A DNA stretch of 64,000 nt from an uncultured Gammaproteobacteria bacterium (GTDB taxonomy: Bacteria > Cyanobacteriota > Vampirovibrionia > LMEP-6097). The stretch's first letter is position 1. Every line of letters begins with the position of its first letter. Both the position numbers and the translations under genes were made by a program. This document shows, piece after piece, positions 18,683 to 28,133 of the stretch. The DNA is taken from positions 90,942 to 154,941 of the forward strand of contig CAZKAT010000003.1 of NCBI GenBank assembly GCA_964551135.1, written 5' to 3'. The notes under the pieces are model-generated. The model was not told where the DNA came from and made no database searches. It saw only the letters and a program-made list of their open reading frames with translations.

Positions 18683-20514
18683 TGCTTTAAAACTGGTTCA
18701 GTTATAGGCTCCTCGGACTGATGACTTGCAATCTTCCCATATGCATAAACTTTATTTTTCTTGATCATTTCATAAACAGTACCGTTGGTACCGATTAACG
18801 AAGCCTCAGTAACTGAGCTTTGGAACTTCGTCATTTTCAGTGAAGTTTTAGTTAGCTCTAATGGTTCAGCAATCGCAATCCTAGTTTCAGAGAATTTTGC
18901 TAAGTTTTTGTTATCACTAGGATTAGTTAAGTACTTATCGAACTCCGGTAAACACCTAAATTTAGCTACAAAATACTTAGTATCCTTCTCTGATGGATCA
19001 GTTAAGTACTTAAATAACCCCTTATTATCCAATTCAGCAACTGGTCTCTCAGCATAAAAACTAAAAACTGTAGCATGAGTTTTATAGGTGACTAATTTAT
19101 CTTCAGGTTTAAGTGACAAGGAGAAAGCTTTAGCTCCTGCATCTCTATAAATAGCAAAAGGACGAAGAATATAATGAGTGCTCACCAAGTAGCAAACTAA
19201 ACTAACTCCACTAATAATCGCAAAAGCCACTTTAGCTTTATAGAGCATTGCCGTCATTGCAACTAAAGCCGCTGCAATAAGTACAAAAGAAATTATTGCT
19301 ATACACGCTAGTACAGAAGAAGAATTCATCTCTAATAATTTCTTCTTAAATACGAATAAACCAAGTACTGCTCCGATAAACACAGTAAGAACCATTAAAG
19401 CTAAACCAATCAAACCATCTATATTCTTATAACCATTACTTCTAAGTGTCTTAAATTTCTCTGACCACCACTTAGCAACAATAACTATTAGTGGTAAATA
19501 AATTGGCATAATATAAGTCGGTAACTTGGTTTGAGATATACTGAAAAATAATAAAATGATAGTCGCCCACAAAGAACAAAAACTCATAAGGTGAGCTGCC
19601 TTTGCAGATTCTGCTCTAAGATTAAATTTCGTAGAATGGTCATTAGAGAATAAAGCTTGTATCAAGAAGAACGACCATGGAAATAATCCAACAATAATTA
19701 CTGGAATATAGTACCAGATTGGACCAGCGTGATTAGTCAGAACATTGAGATACCTGGATAAATTATGTCCCATAAAAAATTCATAAGTAAATTTACCTGC
19801 AGTTGCAAAATGCACCGCCATATACCATGGCACAGATATTAACAAGAATAATCCAAACCCAATACTTAGCTCCATCCATGTGTCAGCCAAGAAATCAAAT
19901 AAATCTTTTTCAAGAACCAAGAAAATAAAAATTACCACTAGTGGTAGCAATACGGCTACTGGTCCCTTACAAAGCATGCCAAATGCCATCATTACTAAAG
20001 ACAACCAAAACCAAGCTGAGCTTTGTTTCTCTTTCAATGCAAATTTTTGCTGGATTTCTTGCCTCTCGCGATAGCCTAAATAAAAGAAAGCAATAGCAGC
20101 AGAAATAAAAAACGCCAGCGTCATATCAGTGATAGCAAGCTTAGAAAATAAAAATATCTGCAAGCTAGTAAGCATCATTGCTGCTGCTACCAAACCAAAG
20201 CCCTGAATATTTCCCAACAAGAATGCTAACCATACCATTCCTGCTCCAGCTAATACCGACGGTAAACGTGCAGCAAATTCATTGAGCCCAAAGAATTTCA
20301 GAGATAAAACTTCAAACCAATAGAAAAGTATAGGCTTATCAAAACGCGGCAAGTAATCACAATAAGGTGTAATGAAATCTGCTCTCTCAAGCATTTCACG
20401 AGCAGTCTCAGCATAGCGAGGCTCATCAGGACTAATCAATGGAAAAGATCCTATATCCAAACCGAGAATCACCGCTGCGACTATAGGAATTAATAGTAGA
20501 AATAAATTATTCAT
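18679..20514 (-). CDS. ArnT/PMT-family (GT39/GT83-like) membrane glycosyltransferase
   Basis: N-terminal DEPRYAETAREMLERADFITPY...RFDKPILFYWF motif, ~12 TM helices and a C-terminal soluble domain. 611 aa. Confidence 0.75.
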   Translation of the reverse strand: MNNLFLLLIPIVAAVILGLDIGSFPLISPDEPRYAETAREMLERADFITPYCDYLPRFDKPILFYWFEVLSLKFFGLNEFAARLPSVLAGAGMVWLAFLLGNIQGFGLVAAAMMLTSLQIFLFSKLAITDMTLAFFISAAIAFFYLGYRERQEIQQKFALKEKQSSAWFWLSLVMMAFGMLCKGPVAVLLPLVVIFIFLVLEKDLFDFLADTWMELSIGFGLFLLISVPWYMAVHFATAGKFTYEFFMGHNLSRYLNVLTNHAGPIWYYIPVIIVGLFPWSFFLIQALFSNDHSTKFNLRAESAKAAHLMSFCSLWATIILLFFSISQTKLPTYIMPIYLPLIVIVAKWWSEKFKTLRSNGYKNIDGLIGLALMVLTVFIGAVLGLFVFKKKLLEMNSSSVLACIAIISFVLIAAALVAMTAMLYKAKVAFAIISGVSLVCYLVSTHYILRPFAIYRDAGAKAFSLSLKPEDKLVTYKTHATVFSFYAERPVAELDNKGLFKYLTDPSEKDTKYFVAKFRCLPEFDKYLTNPSDNKNLAKFSETRIAIAEPLELTKTSLKMTKFQSSVTEASLIGTNGTVYEMIKKNKVYAYGKIASHQSEEPITEPVLKH

Positions 20515-21286
20515 TAGTAGCAGATTTCACTGAAGGCTTCTCAGAAAGAGATCTATAGATAAGGAATGCAGCCCTGCCTATAACTCTATTCTTAGGCAAG
20601 AGTCCCCAATAATGACTATCAAAACTATAATTGCGATTATCACCAAGAACATAGTAGAAACCTTCTGGTATCTCTAGTTCATCAGTATCATATTCAGGTA
20701 AAAAATTCATACTAGCGAAATGATATGGTTCTTCTAAATGACGCCCATTGATAAAGACCCCTTCGTTCTTACGAACTTGAACCTTATCTCCTGGTACTCC
20801 TACAATTCTTTTAATATAAGCTTCTGGTTGAGGTAAGAAAGGTAGTCCAGTCAATCTAGCAAAAATACTTAGCGGATCATAATGCAGTACATCCTTACCA
20901 TCAGTAGCTTCTAAGGGTGGATAGAAGATTATAATATCGCCACGATTATATTGCTTATGGAATATTTTAGAAAACTTCTCGACGAATAATTTATCACCGA
21001 CTTTCATAGTTGGAACCATACTCTCTGAAGGTATAAATCTAAACTCTCCAACAGCTTCACGAATAAGAATCAGTAGTATAAGAACAACAACTATCTGAGC
21101 TGTGACTTCTTGTACTCCCCAGAATCTCCACTCTGGATATTTATAATATTTTTTCCAGCTAGTATCTTCCTTCTCTTCAGGTGCTTCACGCGTTGGCTTA
21201 GACCATTGCACTAAGTCCATAAGACCTTCTTTAATTCCTTGGAATATAGCTTTCAGAATATCTAATAGGTCGTTTATAAAATTCAT
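20507..21286 (-). CDS. lepB: signal peptidase I
   Basis: SESMVPTMKVGDKLFVEKF (Ser box), GDNRNYSFDSHYWG box, and RVIGRAAFLIYRS. Confidence 0.85.
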   Translation of the reverse strand: MNFINDLLDILKAIFQGIKEGLMDLVQWSKPTREAPEEKEDTSWKKYYKYPEWRFWGVQEVTAQIVVVLILLILIREAVGEFRFIPSESMVPTMKVGDKLFVEKFSKIFHKQYNRGDIIIFYPPLEATDGKDVLHYDPLSIFARLTGLPFLPQPEAYIKRIVGVPGDKVQVRKNEGVFINGRHLEEPYHFASMNFLPEYDTDELEIPEGFYYVLGDNRNYSFDSHYWGLLPKNRVIGRAAFLIYRSLSEKPSVKSATNE

Positions 21287-21432
21287 TACCTTATTAGTGT
21301 ATTAGATTTAAGGGCTTTAAAAGCGCTATCTGTAATAGATTTACTTATTACAGATTGTTAAAATAATATTTATTAGCTAAAATTTTCTCTTGAATAATAT
21401 AAGTTCTCGTTAATAAGAACAGGAGATAAGAA

Positions 21433-22461
21433 ATGATAACAACAAACCCTTTAATAGCTAAATTTGAATACAAAGATGGTCGTCAACGTGGAAATAGAGT
21501 CGGGGTAGTCGACAAAGAATCTGGGAAAATAACAGATATAACAGACCAAGTAGTTCAAAATGCCTCAATCAAAACTATAGATAGACTACTCAACTGGAAC
21601 GATAGATTAACAAGAGTGGGAAAGGCTCTTGAAAAGGCACAACAGGAAGCAGCTAACACAATATCTGCAGCAGAAGTAAAATTAAAAACACCATTACCTG
21701 ATAATATGCAAATTGGTTGTGCTGGTGTTACTTATAAAAGAAGTGTTGTTGCAAGAAACGCTGAATCTGGTGCAGCCCAAGGTTTAAGTCCGTATGATAA
21801 AGTCCATTTGGCTATGCTTAATAATGGTAAAAAAGACGGAAGACCAGAAATATTCTATAAACAATTAGCTAAAGATGCAGCTGCATCAGGTGAGGTCGCT
21901 GGAATCAGAGAAGATGCTAAATGGAATGTACCTGAATCTGAATTTACCATAGTATTGAATTCTCAGGGTAAGGTCGCTGGATATACCATAGGTAATGATA
22001 TGAGTTCTAGAGATATAGAAGGAGAAAATCCTTTATATTTACCTCAAGCCAAGGTTTACCATAGATCAGTAGCAGTCGGACCGTATCTATTATTGACTGA
22101 TGCTAATGATGACCCTACAAAAATTGAAAGAGACGAGACTGAAATCAAACGTGATTGGAAGGTAGAGCTGAAAATTCTTAGAGGTGATCAAGAAGTATTC
22201 AACGGTGAAACTCAAGTGGGTCAATTAGCAGCAAGCTTTAAACAATTAAAAGATTACTTGCTCAGATCACAGTACTTTCCTGATGGAATTGCGCTGTTAA
22301 CTGGTACAGGAATAATACCTGAGGATAAATTTACCTTACAAGATGGTGACAAGATGAAAATTACAATTGGACCAATGGGCACTCTTGTAAATGAAGCTCA
22401 AACTATTCCTAATAAATTAACCAAAGACAAAGTTGCAGAATTAGCAGCGATAGCAGCTTAA
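21433..22461 (+). CDS. fumarylacetoacetate hydrolase (FAH) family protein
   Basis: C-terminal FAH-like core (GYTIGNDMSSRDIEGENPLYLPQAKVYHRSVAVGPYLL). Confidence 0.55.
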   Translation: MITTNPLIAKFEYKDGRQRGNRVGVVDKESGKITDITDQVVQNASIKTIDRLLNWNDRLTRVGKALEKAQQEAANTISAAEVKLKTPLPDNMQIGCAGVTYKRSVVARNAESGAAQGLSPYDKVHLAMLNNGKKDGRPEIFYKQLAKDAAASGEVAGIREDAKWNVPESEFTIVLNSQGKVAGYTIGNDMSSRDIEGENPLYLPQAKVYHRSVAVGPYLLLTDANDDPTKIERDETEIKRDWKVELKILRGDQEVFNGETQVGQLAASFKQLKDYLLRSQYFPDGIALLTGTGIIPEDKFTLQDGDKMKITIGPMGTLVNEAQTIPNKLTKDKVAELAAIAA

Positions 22462-25400
22462 TCACTTCACATTAAAATACTTAGCATCAGGATGATGGAC
22501 TATTATCGCTGAAGTCGAGTGTTCAGGATGTATTTGCCATTCTTCAGAGAGTTCTAGACCAATACGCTCAGGCTTAAGCATCTCAAAGACCTGCTTCTGA
22601 TCTTCGATACGCGGGCAGGCTGGATAACCAAAGCTATAGCGCAGACCATGGTAGCTACCACGAATTAGCTTATAATAATCCTTATCATCTTCAGCAGAGA
22701 CTCCTAGTTCTTGGCGGATTCGAGCATGAGAATATTCTGCAAGCGCTTCGGTAGTCTCTGTGGCTAGACCATAATGATAGAGATACTCTTGGAAGTCTCC
22801 TGATTCGTATAATTTCCTTACGTAGTTTGCAGCTTCCTGACCGATAGTCACTACTTGAAAAGCCACCATGTTAGTTTTACCAGTAGTTCTAAAGTAGTCA
22901 CTGAGACATAAATGTTCACCACTAGTTTGACGCGGGAAGATGAACTCTTGGGTGCCATTAGGAGTATCAACTATAAGTTTATTAGGATTATTAGCACCTA
23001 TCTTGCAAGCATAATATCCATAAGTTATTTTAGGATGAATATACCCTGCTGACTTAGCTTCAGCCTTAACACGCTCTAAGGTTGGAAGAATAATAGTCTC
23101 GCGTTGCTTCTTATACTCAGCTTCACTCTGTTTACCTTTACCCATGCGCCATTGACCAATAATAAGCGCGTCGACATTTAAATACTTCCAGACTTCATCT
23201 AGATTAATATTATTCTCGATTAATTTATCACCGTAGAAAGGTGCCTTAGGTATTTCAGAGCTATCCAAGACTCTAGTATTAGATAGGTTCTCAGTGTAAG
23301 TAAATATATCAGCATGAAGCTTACCGTCTTCTACTGCATCATAAGGAGCTTCAGTTTCAGGATTAACTTGCTCAGGATCTTTTACCGCAGCTCTAGTCTT
23401 ATAGAACTCTTTCTTCACTGCCTCGAGATCACCTCCAGCACAAATCTTCTCCATCAAGCTCAAATCAGTAAACGCATCGAAACCATAGAATACAGTCCCC
23501 TTATAAATTTGCGCGCAATCTTCTTCTACGTAACGGCGAGTCAACGCAGAGCCACCCAATATCACTGGGATACTAATATTACGTTCATTCATAGCTTCTA
23601 GATTCTGCTTCATGATGAGAGTAGACTTAACTAGCAAACCTGACATACCGATAACATTAGCCTTATGTTCTTCTAATGCTTTAAGTATCTCGTCTATAGG
23701 TTGTTTAATACCAAGGTTATAAACCTTATAACCATTATTAGTAAGAATGATATCTACTAAGTTCTTGCCGATATCATGAACATCGCCTCTAACAGTAGCA
23801 AGCACTATAGAACCCTTATTACCAGCACCTTCTGCTTTGGTCATAAACTTCTCCAAATGAGCCACTGCAGTCTTCATGCAAGTAGCAGATTGAAGTACAA
23901 ACGGTAACTGCATCTCACCAGAGCGGAATCTATCACCGACTATCTTCATACCATTCATAAGAAATATATTAATGATATCGAGTGGTTTATGTCCCTTAGC
24001 CATAGCCACATCCAGATCCTTATCTATATTGGTTTTATTACCGTCAACGATTCTTCGCGCAAGTATCTCTTCTACTTCTAAGCCTTCATAGGGATTAGCA
24101 TTTTCGCTAGTATCATGCTTGATATCAGCGATACAATCGAGCAGCGCATGTAAAGGATCGTAATCTTCACGTCTGCGATCATAAACTAAATCCAAACAAT
24201 AATCTCTTACCTTAGGATCTAACTGTGCAATAGGATAAAGCTTCTTAGCAGAAGCTATAGCCATATCAAGTCCAGCTTCTATACACTCATGCAAGAATAC
24301 CGAGTTCAAAGCTGGTCTCAGCTTAGCATCCAGACCAAAGCTAATATTACTTAAGCCTAAGATAGTTTTCACTTCAGGATATTTTTCCTTGATCATGCGG
24401 ATAGATTTAATTGTCTCCACTCCAGCATTACGCATTTCTTCATCACCAGAGCCCAAGGTGAAAGTTAAAGTATCATAGATTAAATTACGCGGATCTAATC
24501 CATACTTATGCACTAACATTTCATAGAGACGACTTGCAACAGCGAGTTTCTTCTCCGCCGTCTTAGCCATACCTTCTTCATCTATAGTTAATACTACTAA
24601 AGCTGCACCAAATTGTCGTGCAAGACCTGCTATCTGTGCCACACGCTCTTCACCATCTTCTAAGTTAACTGAATTGATAATAGGCTTACCAGAAATATAT
24701 TTCAGCGCTTCCTTCAAAACCGGATACTCAGTGCTATCTACCATGATCGGAATATTAACCTGGGTATTAATACGCTTGATCACTTCAACCATGTCATGCA
24801 TTTCATCACGCCCAACATAGGCAGTACAGACATCGAGTACATGGGCGCCTTCTGCGACTTGATCTTTAGCAATATCGACTATGCCTTCATAATCACCCAC
24901 ACCAAGTAAGTCTCTAAATAATTTAGAACCATTAGCATTAGTACGCTCTCCTACAATCAGCGGGCGTGGCTCCATAATCATAGGCACTGAATTATAGATA
25001 GAGGAAACTGATTCTATAGCTTCGTCACTTTGAGCCTTATGCTCCACATGCTGAGGAAGCTTTGCAACTTTAGCTGCAAGCAATCTTATATGCTCATAAG
25101 TCGTTCCACAACAGCCACCTACAACACCCACACCAAAATCCTCAACAAAGCGTGTAAGTTCATTAGAAAACTCTTCTGGTCCCAAAGGGAAGTGTGCATG
25201 TCCACCCACATTCTCAGGAATACCTGCATTCGGCAAGCAACTCACCATAAACGGAGCATTCTCTGCAAGGTAACGGATATGCTCGCGCATCTCCTTAGGT
25301 CCTGTTGCGCAGTTCATTCCAATGATATCTATAGGATAAGCACTAAGAGTAGTAAGAACTGAAGCGATATCAGAACCAACCAACATCGTTCCCATAGTTT

Positions 25401-26127
25401 CTACAGTCACCTGTACTTGAATAGGAATTCTATTCGGAATTCTTGAGCCTGCCCCAGAAGCTCCCAGATGCAAGGCTTGCGAGTCCTGAGGAGCCAGAGT
25501 TGACTGAGTCGTCAATGAGGACTCCGAAGGACGAGCGTAACGCAGCAGATGGGACTTCTGGGGCAGGCTCATCACATCGAAACAAGCACTTAGGCAAGCC
25601 TTGATCTGGAGCGGATCCTGGCAAGTTTCTATCAGGATTAAATCCACACCGCCATCTATTAGACCAGCTACTTGTGGTTTATAACTTTCATAAAGTTCAT
25701 CAAAACTAATATTGCCCAGGCTAACTAATTTAGTACCAGGTCCAATAGAACCAGCTACGAATCTTGGCTTATTAGGTTCATGCGCTGTAAATTTATCTGC
25801 GACTTCTCGCGCTAGGCTAGCAGCAAGTTTACTAATCTCATAAGATTTATCTTCTAGTCCATACTCACCAAGCACTAATCTACTAGAACCAAAAGTATTA
25901 GTCTCTACTACATCAGCTCCAGCCTCAAAAAACTTAGTATGAATTTCTTGGATAATATCCGGACGATGAACATTTAATTGTTCTGGGCAACCTTCATATA
26001 TCTCCCCACCATAATCTTCAGCCGTCAGATCATAACTAAATAAACTCGTGCCCATAGCACCATCAAAAATAATGGTGTGCTTTTTAGCAGTTTCAAGAAA
26101 TTTGGATTTAGTTTGATTATTAGACAA
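22462..26127 (-). CDS. metH: cobalamin-dependent methionine synthase
   Basis: 1221 aa. Hcy-binding (FDGAMGTSLF), pterin-binding and B12-binding (GDVHDIGKNLV) regions plus the AdoMet reactivation domain. Carries an in-frame ~130-bp GC-rich palindromic insertion in the Hcy domain. Confidence 0.95.
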   Translation of the reverse strand: MSNNQTKSKFLETAKKHTIIFDGAMGTSLFSYDLTAEDYGGEIYEGCPEQLNVHRPDIIQEIHTKFFEAGADVVETNTFGSSRLVLGEYGLEDKSYEISKLAASLAREVADKFTAHEPNKPRFVAGSIGPGTKLVSLGNISFDELYESYKPQVAGLIDGGVDLILIETCQDPLQIKACLSACFDVMSLPQKSHLLRYARPSESSLTTQSTLAPQDSQALHLGASGAGSRIPNRIPIQVQVTVETMGTMLVGSDIASVLTTLSAYPIDIIGMNCATGPKEMREHIRYLAENAPFMVSCLPNAGIPENVGGHAHFPLGPEEFSNELTRFVEDFGVGVVGGCCGTTYEHIRLLAAKVAKLPQHVEHKAQSDEAIESVSSIYNSVPMIMEPRPLIVGERTNANGSKLFRDLLGVGDYEGIVDIAKDQVAEGAHVLDVCTAYVGRDEMHDMVEVIKRINTQVNIPIMVDSTEYPVLKEALKYISGKPIINSVNLEDGEERVAQIAGLARQFGAALVVLTIDEEGMAKTAEKKLAVASRLYEMLVHKYGLDPRNLIYDTLTFTLGSGDEEMRNAGVETIKSIRMIKEKYPEVKTILGLSNISFGLDAKLRPALNSVFLHECIEAGLDMAIASAKKLYPIAQLDPKVRDYCLDLVYDRRREDYDPLHALLDCIADIKHDTSENANPYEGLEVEEILARRIVDGNKTNIDKDLDVAMAKGHKPLDIINIFLMNGMKIVGDRFRSGEMQLPFVLQSATCMKTAVAHLEKFMTKAEGAGNKGSIVLATVRGDVHDIGKNLVDIILTNNGYKVYNLGIKQPIDEILKALEEHKANVIGMSGLLVKSTLIMKQNLEAMNERNISIPVILGGSALTRRYVEEDCAQIYKGTVFYGFDAFTDLSLMEKICAGGDLEAVKKEFYKTRAAVKDPEQVNPETEAPYDAVEDGKLHADIFTYTENLSNTRVLDSSEIPKAPFYGDKLIENNINLDEVWKYLNVDALIIGQWRMGKGKQSEAEYKKQRETIILPTLERVKAEAKSAGYIHPKITYGYYACKIGANNPNKLIVDTPNGTQEFIFPRQTSGEHLCLSDYFRTTGKTNMVAFQVVTIGQEAANYVRKLYESGDFQEYLYHYGLATETTEALAEYSHARIRQELGVSAEDDKDYYKLIRGSYHGLRYSFGYPACPRIEDQKQVFEMLKPERIGLELSEEWQIHPEHSTSAIIVHHPDAKYFNVK
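25443..25572. repeat. GC-rich nested palindromic element inserted in-frame within metH (RPE-like)
   Basis: Terminal inverted repeat GAGCCTGCCCCAGAAG / CTTCTGGGGCAGGCTC. Inner palindrome TTGACTGAGTCGTCAA. Encodes an extra segment (~LPQKSHLLRYARPSESSLTTQSTLAPQDSQALHLGASGAGSRIPN) in the MetH Hcy domain. Confidence 0.7.
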
Positions 26128-26230
26128 TTTATCTAGATTATTCTAGTACAATGCCACTCAATTATTCTGTTATGTTATTATTAGCTAGTCTCATTAAGAT
26201 AATCGCACAGGATCGCAGCTAATAACTACT

Positions 26231-28081
26231 ATGAAAGATCGAATTAATCGCATATATATTCCTCCTCCTTTTAATATAGAAAGTACTCAACAATTCTATG
26301 ATCGCCATGTTGCAAGAATCTTAGGAACCAATCCATCAAGCCCACCTAATACCGGAAACAATCAAACAAAAGAGCCAGAAGCTGCAAGAAAATCGTTAGC
26401 ATTAATGTTCAAATCCATTCCTGGTACTCGTAAAGAGATTGATAAAATACTTAAACAAAGTTTTCAGAAATTTTTAGCTGAACTGGACACCAAAGCAGCA
26501 GAGTTAGCTTTATTAGATAAATCTAGCTTTGAGTACAAACAGCAATTCCATGCTTTAGCTACAGAATTTGAAACAAGAGTTGCAGAATTTAATGACAGTA
26601 ACAGTTCAGATCACGCCAAAACTAAAACTGAAACTTGTACAAAACTATTGCAAGATTTTTTGATTAGTAGATTTAGTGAAGCATCAATGGATCCAACAAA
26701 TATTCTGATAGCAACCCTTATACTCAGAAGTAATCAAGGAATAATCGTAGATTTAATTAAAAACTATCTTGCAGCAGACCAAGATGACAAAACTGCTAAA
26801 AATTTCTTGGCTACAACTCAATCAGCTAGACTCTCTGAAGATCCTATTATATTTAAGTCTTTATTCCATGCCTCTGTCGACGGTATAGAAGATTATAAAT
26901 CCAACGAGAAAAAAAGAATCACGGAAAATTTAATAGGCTTAAGTCCAGGCTCCAATCCCAATAGTAAAGGTCAATATCTACTAAAATACTCCTTAGAACA
27001 AGAACAAAATTTACTAGATGAGTATAAATTGCTTTTTTTTCAATTAAGTAACTTAGATGAAGATGACGACGATAATTATGATGTTGCAACGATAGGTATT
27101 GAAGATACTGATGAAGAGCCTCAAGAAGACTTAGAAGAGAAAATCAGAGCACTTAAAACAGATACTATAATCATACGTCATTTAATCGATCAATTATATA
27201 ACTCTCCTGAAATTCATCCCATTCTTTCCAGTCAGGAAGTTTTAGATGAGTTAGATCAAACCAATCCAATTCAAACTCAGGATGATTTTATTCACTTATT
27301 AGATGAAGTATATGATGAAAATATTGCCAACCTTTTTGATACTAATTTACTTAAATCAACTTTAACTACTGCTATCCAGTTTGCTAAGGCAAATCCAGGT
27401 AAGCTTAAGATAGAACAAGTCAGCAATAAATTAGAAGAAGTTATTAATAAATTAGATGAATTTACTAATAAATTAGATAACTATCCTGGCTTTTATTTAA
27501 TGCAATTAACGACTGCTATTGAACTGTATTCTAAACATTTTGCTCCTGATAGACCAAATGATTTTTTGATAAATCTAGCAATAAATCCAGAAACCAGTGA
27601 TGTATTAAAATGTATAGTTGTTCAAACAATTGCAGATTCAAAAGTATTCACTGTCAGGCTAAAGAGAGACTTTAATCAAGGACAATTGGATAGCCTAGCA
27701 ACATTATTTGCAGCAGCGAATAATACCAAGAAACTATTCGAACCTCTAAGGGCTTTTTTGAGTAAGCTAAATTATCAAGACTTTACTTGTTGTATTAATG
27801 GACTTAGAGGAAAAGCTTCATTGGAGATCGACAAAAACAATCAAATAGTAAACCGTGGAACTTTTAACAATGGAAATATTCTTTCAATTATTGCTAATCA
27901 ATTCAAATGGGAAGACGCCAAGGACCCAATCTCTATAAATTTAGTTCAGTATATAGAAGAATCACTTAACAATGAAAAATTACGTGAAGGTGATACAAAG
28001 ATTGCTCAATTTATTAAATTCATCATAGATAATAATGACAATCCAAAAGATGAAACACCAGCTCCAAATTTTCAAATATAA
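26231..28081 (+). CDS. large acidic helical hypothetical protein (candidate secreted effector)
   Basis: 616 aa. No signal peptide or TM. Acidic run DEDDDDNYDVATIGIEDTDEEPQEDLEE. No recognisable enzymatic motif. Confidence 0.5.
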   Translation: MKDRINRIYIPPPFNIESTQQFYDRHVARILGTNPSSPPNTGNNQTKEPEAARKSLALMFKSIPGTRKEIDKILKQSFQKFLAELDTKAAELALLDKSSFEYKQQFHALATEFETRVAEFNDSNSSDHAKTKTETCTKLLQDFLISRFSEASMDPTNILIATLILRSNQGIIVDLIKNYLAADQDDKTAKNFLATTQSARLSEDPIIFKSLFHASVDGIEDYKSNEKKRITENLIGLSPGSNPNSKGQYLLKYSLEQEQNLLDEYKLLFFQLSNLDEDDDDNYDVATIGIEDTDEEPQEDLEEKIRALKTDTIIIRHLIDQLYNSPEIHPILSSQEVLDELDQTNPIQTQDDFIHLLDEVYDENIANLFDTNLLKSTLTTAIQFAKANPGKLKIEQVSNKLEEVINKLDEFTNKLDNYPGFYLMQLTTAIELYSKHFAPDRPNDFLINLAINPETSDVLKCIVVQTIADSKVFTVRLKRDFNQGQLDSLATLFAAANNTKKLFEPLRAFLSKLNYQDFTCCINGLRGKASLEIDKNNQIVNRGTFNNGNILSIIANQFKWEDAKDPISINLVQYIEESLNNEKLREGDTKIAQFIKFIIDNNDNPKDETPAPNFQI

Positions 28082-28133
28082 CTCTTATCTTGCAAGGTTA
28101 CCAAATGAGCAATATTCGACTAATATATAAGTT

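Noticed and set aside
25430-25624. 64-aa minus-strand ORF (MPGSAPDQGL...) and other short ORFs inside metH
   Set aside because: It lies in an alternative frame across the GC-rich palindromic insert inside the well-supported metH reading frame. It is an artefact of the GC-rich, stop-poor repeat.
22462-26127. Possibility that the metH insertion is an intein
   Set aside because: ~43 aa is far too short for an intein. There are no splicing or endonuclease motifs, and the DNA has inverted-repeat structure typical of a palindromic element instead.
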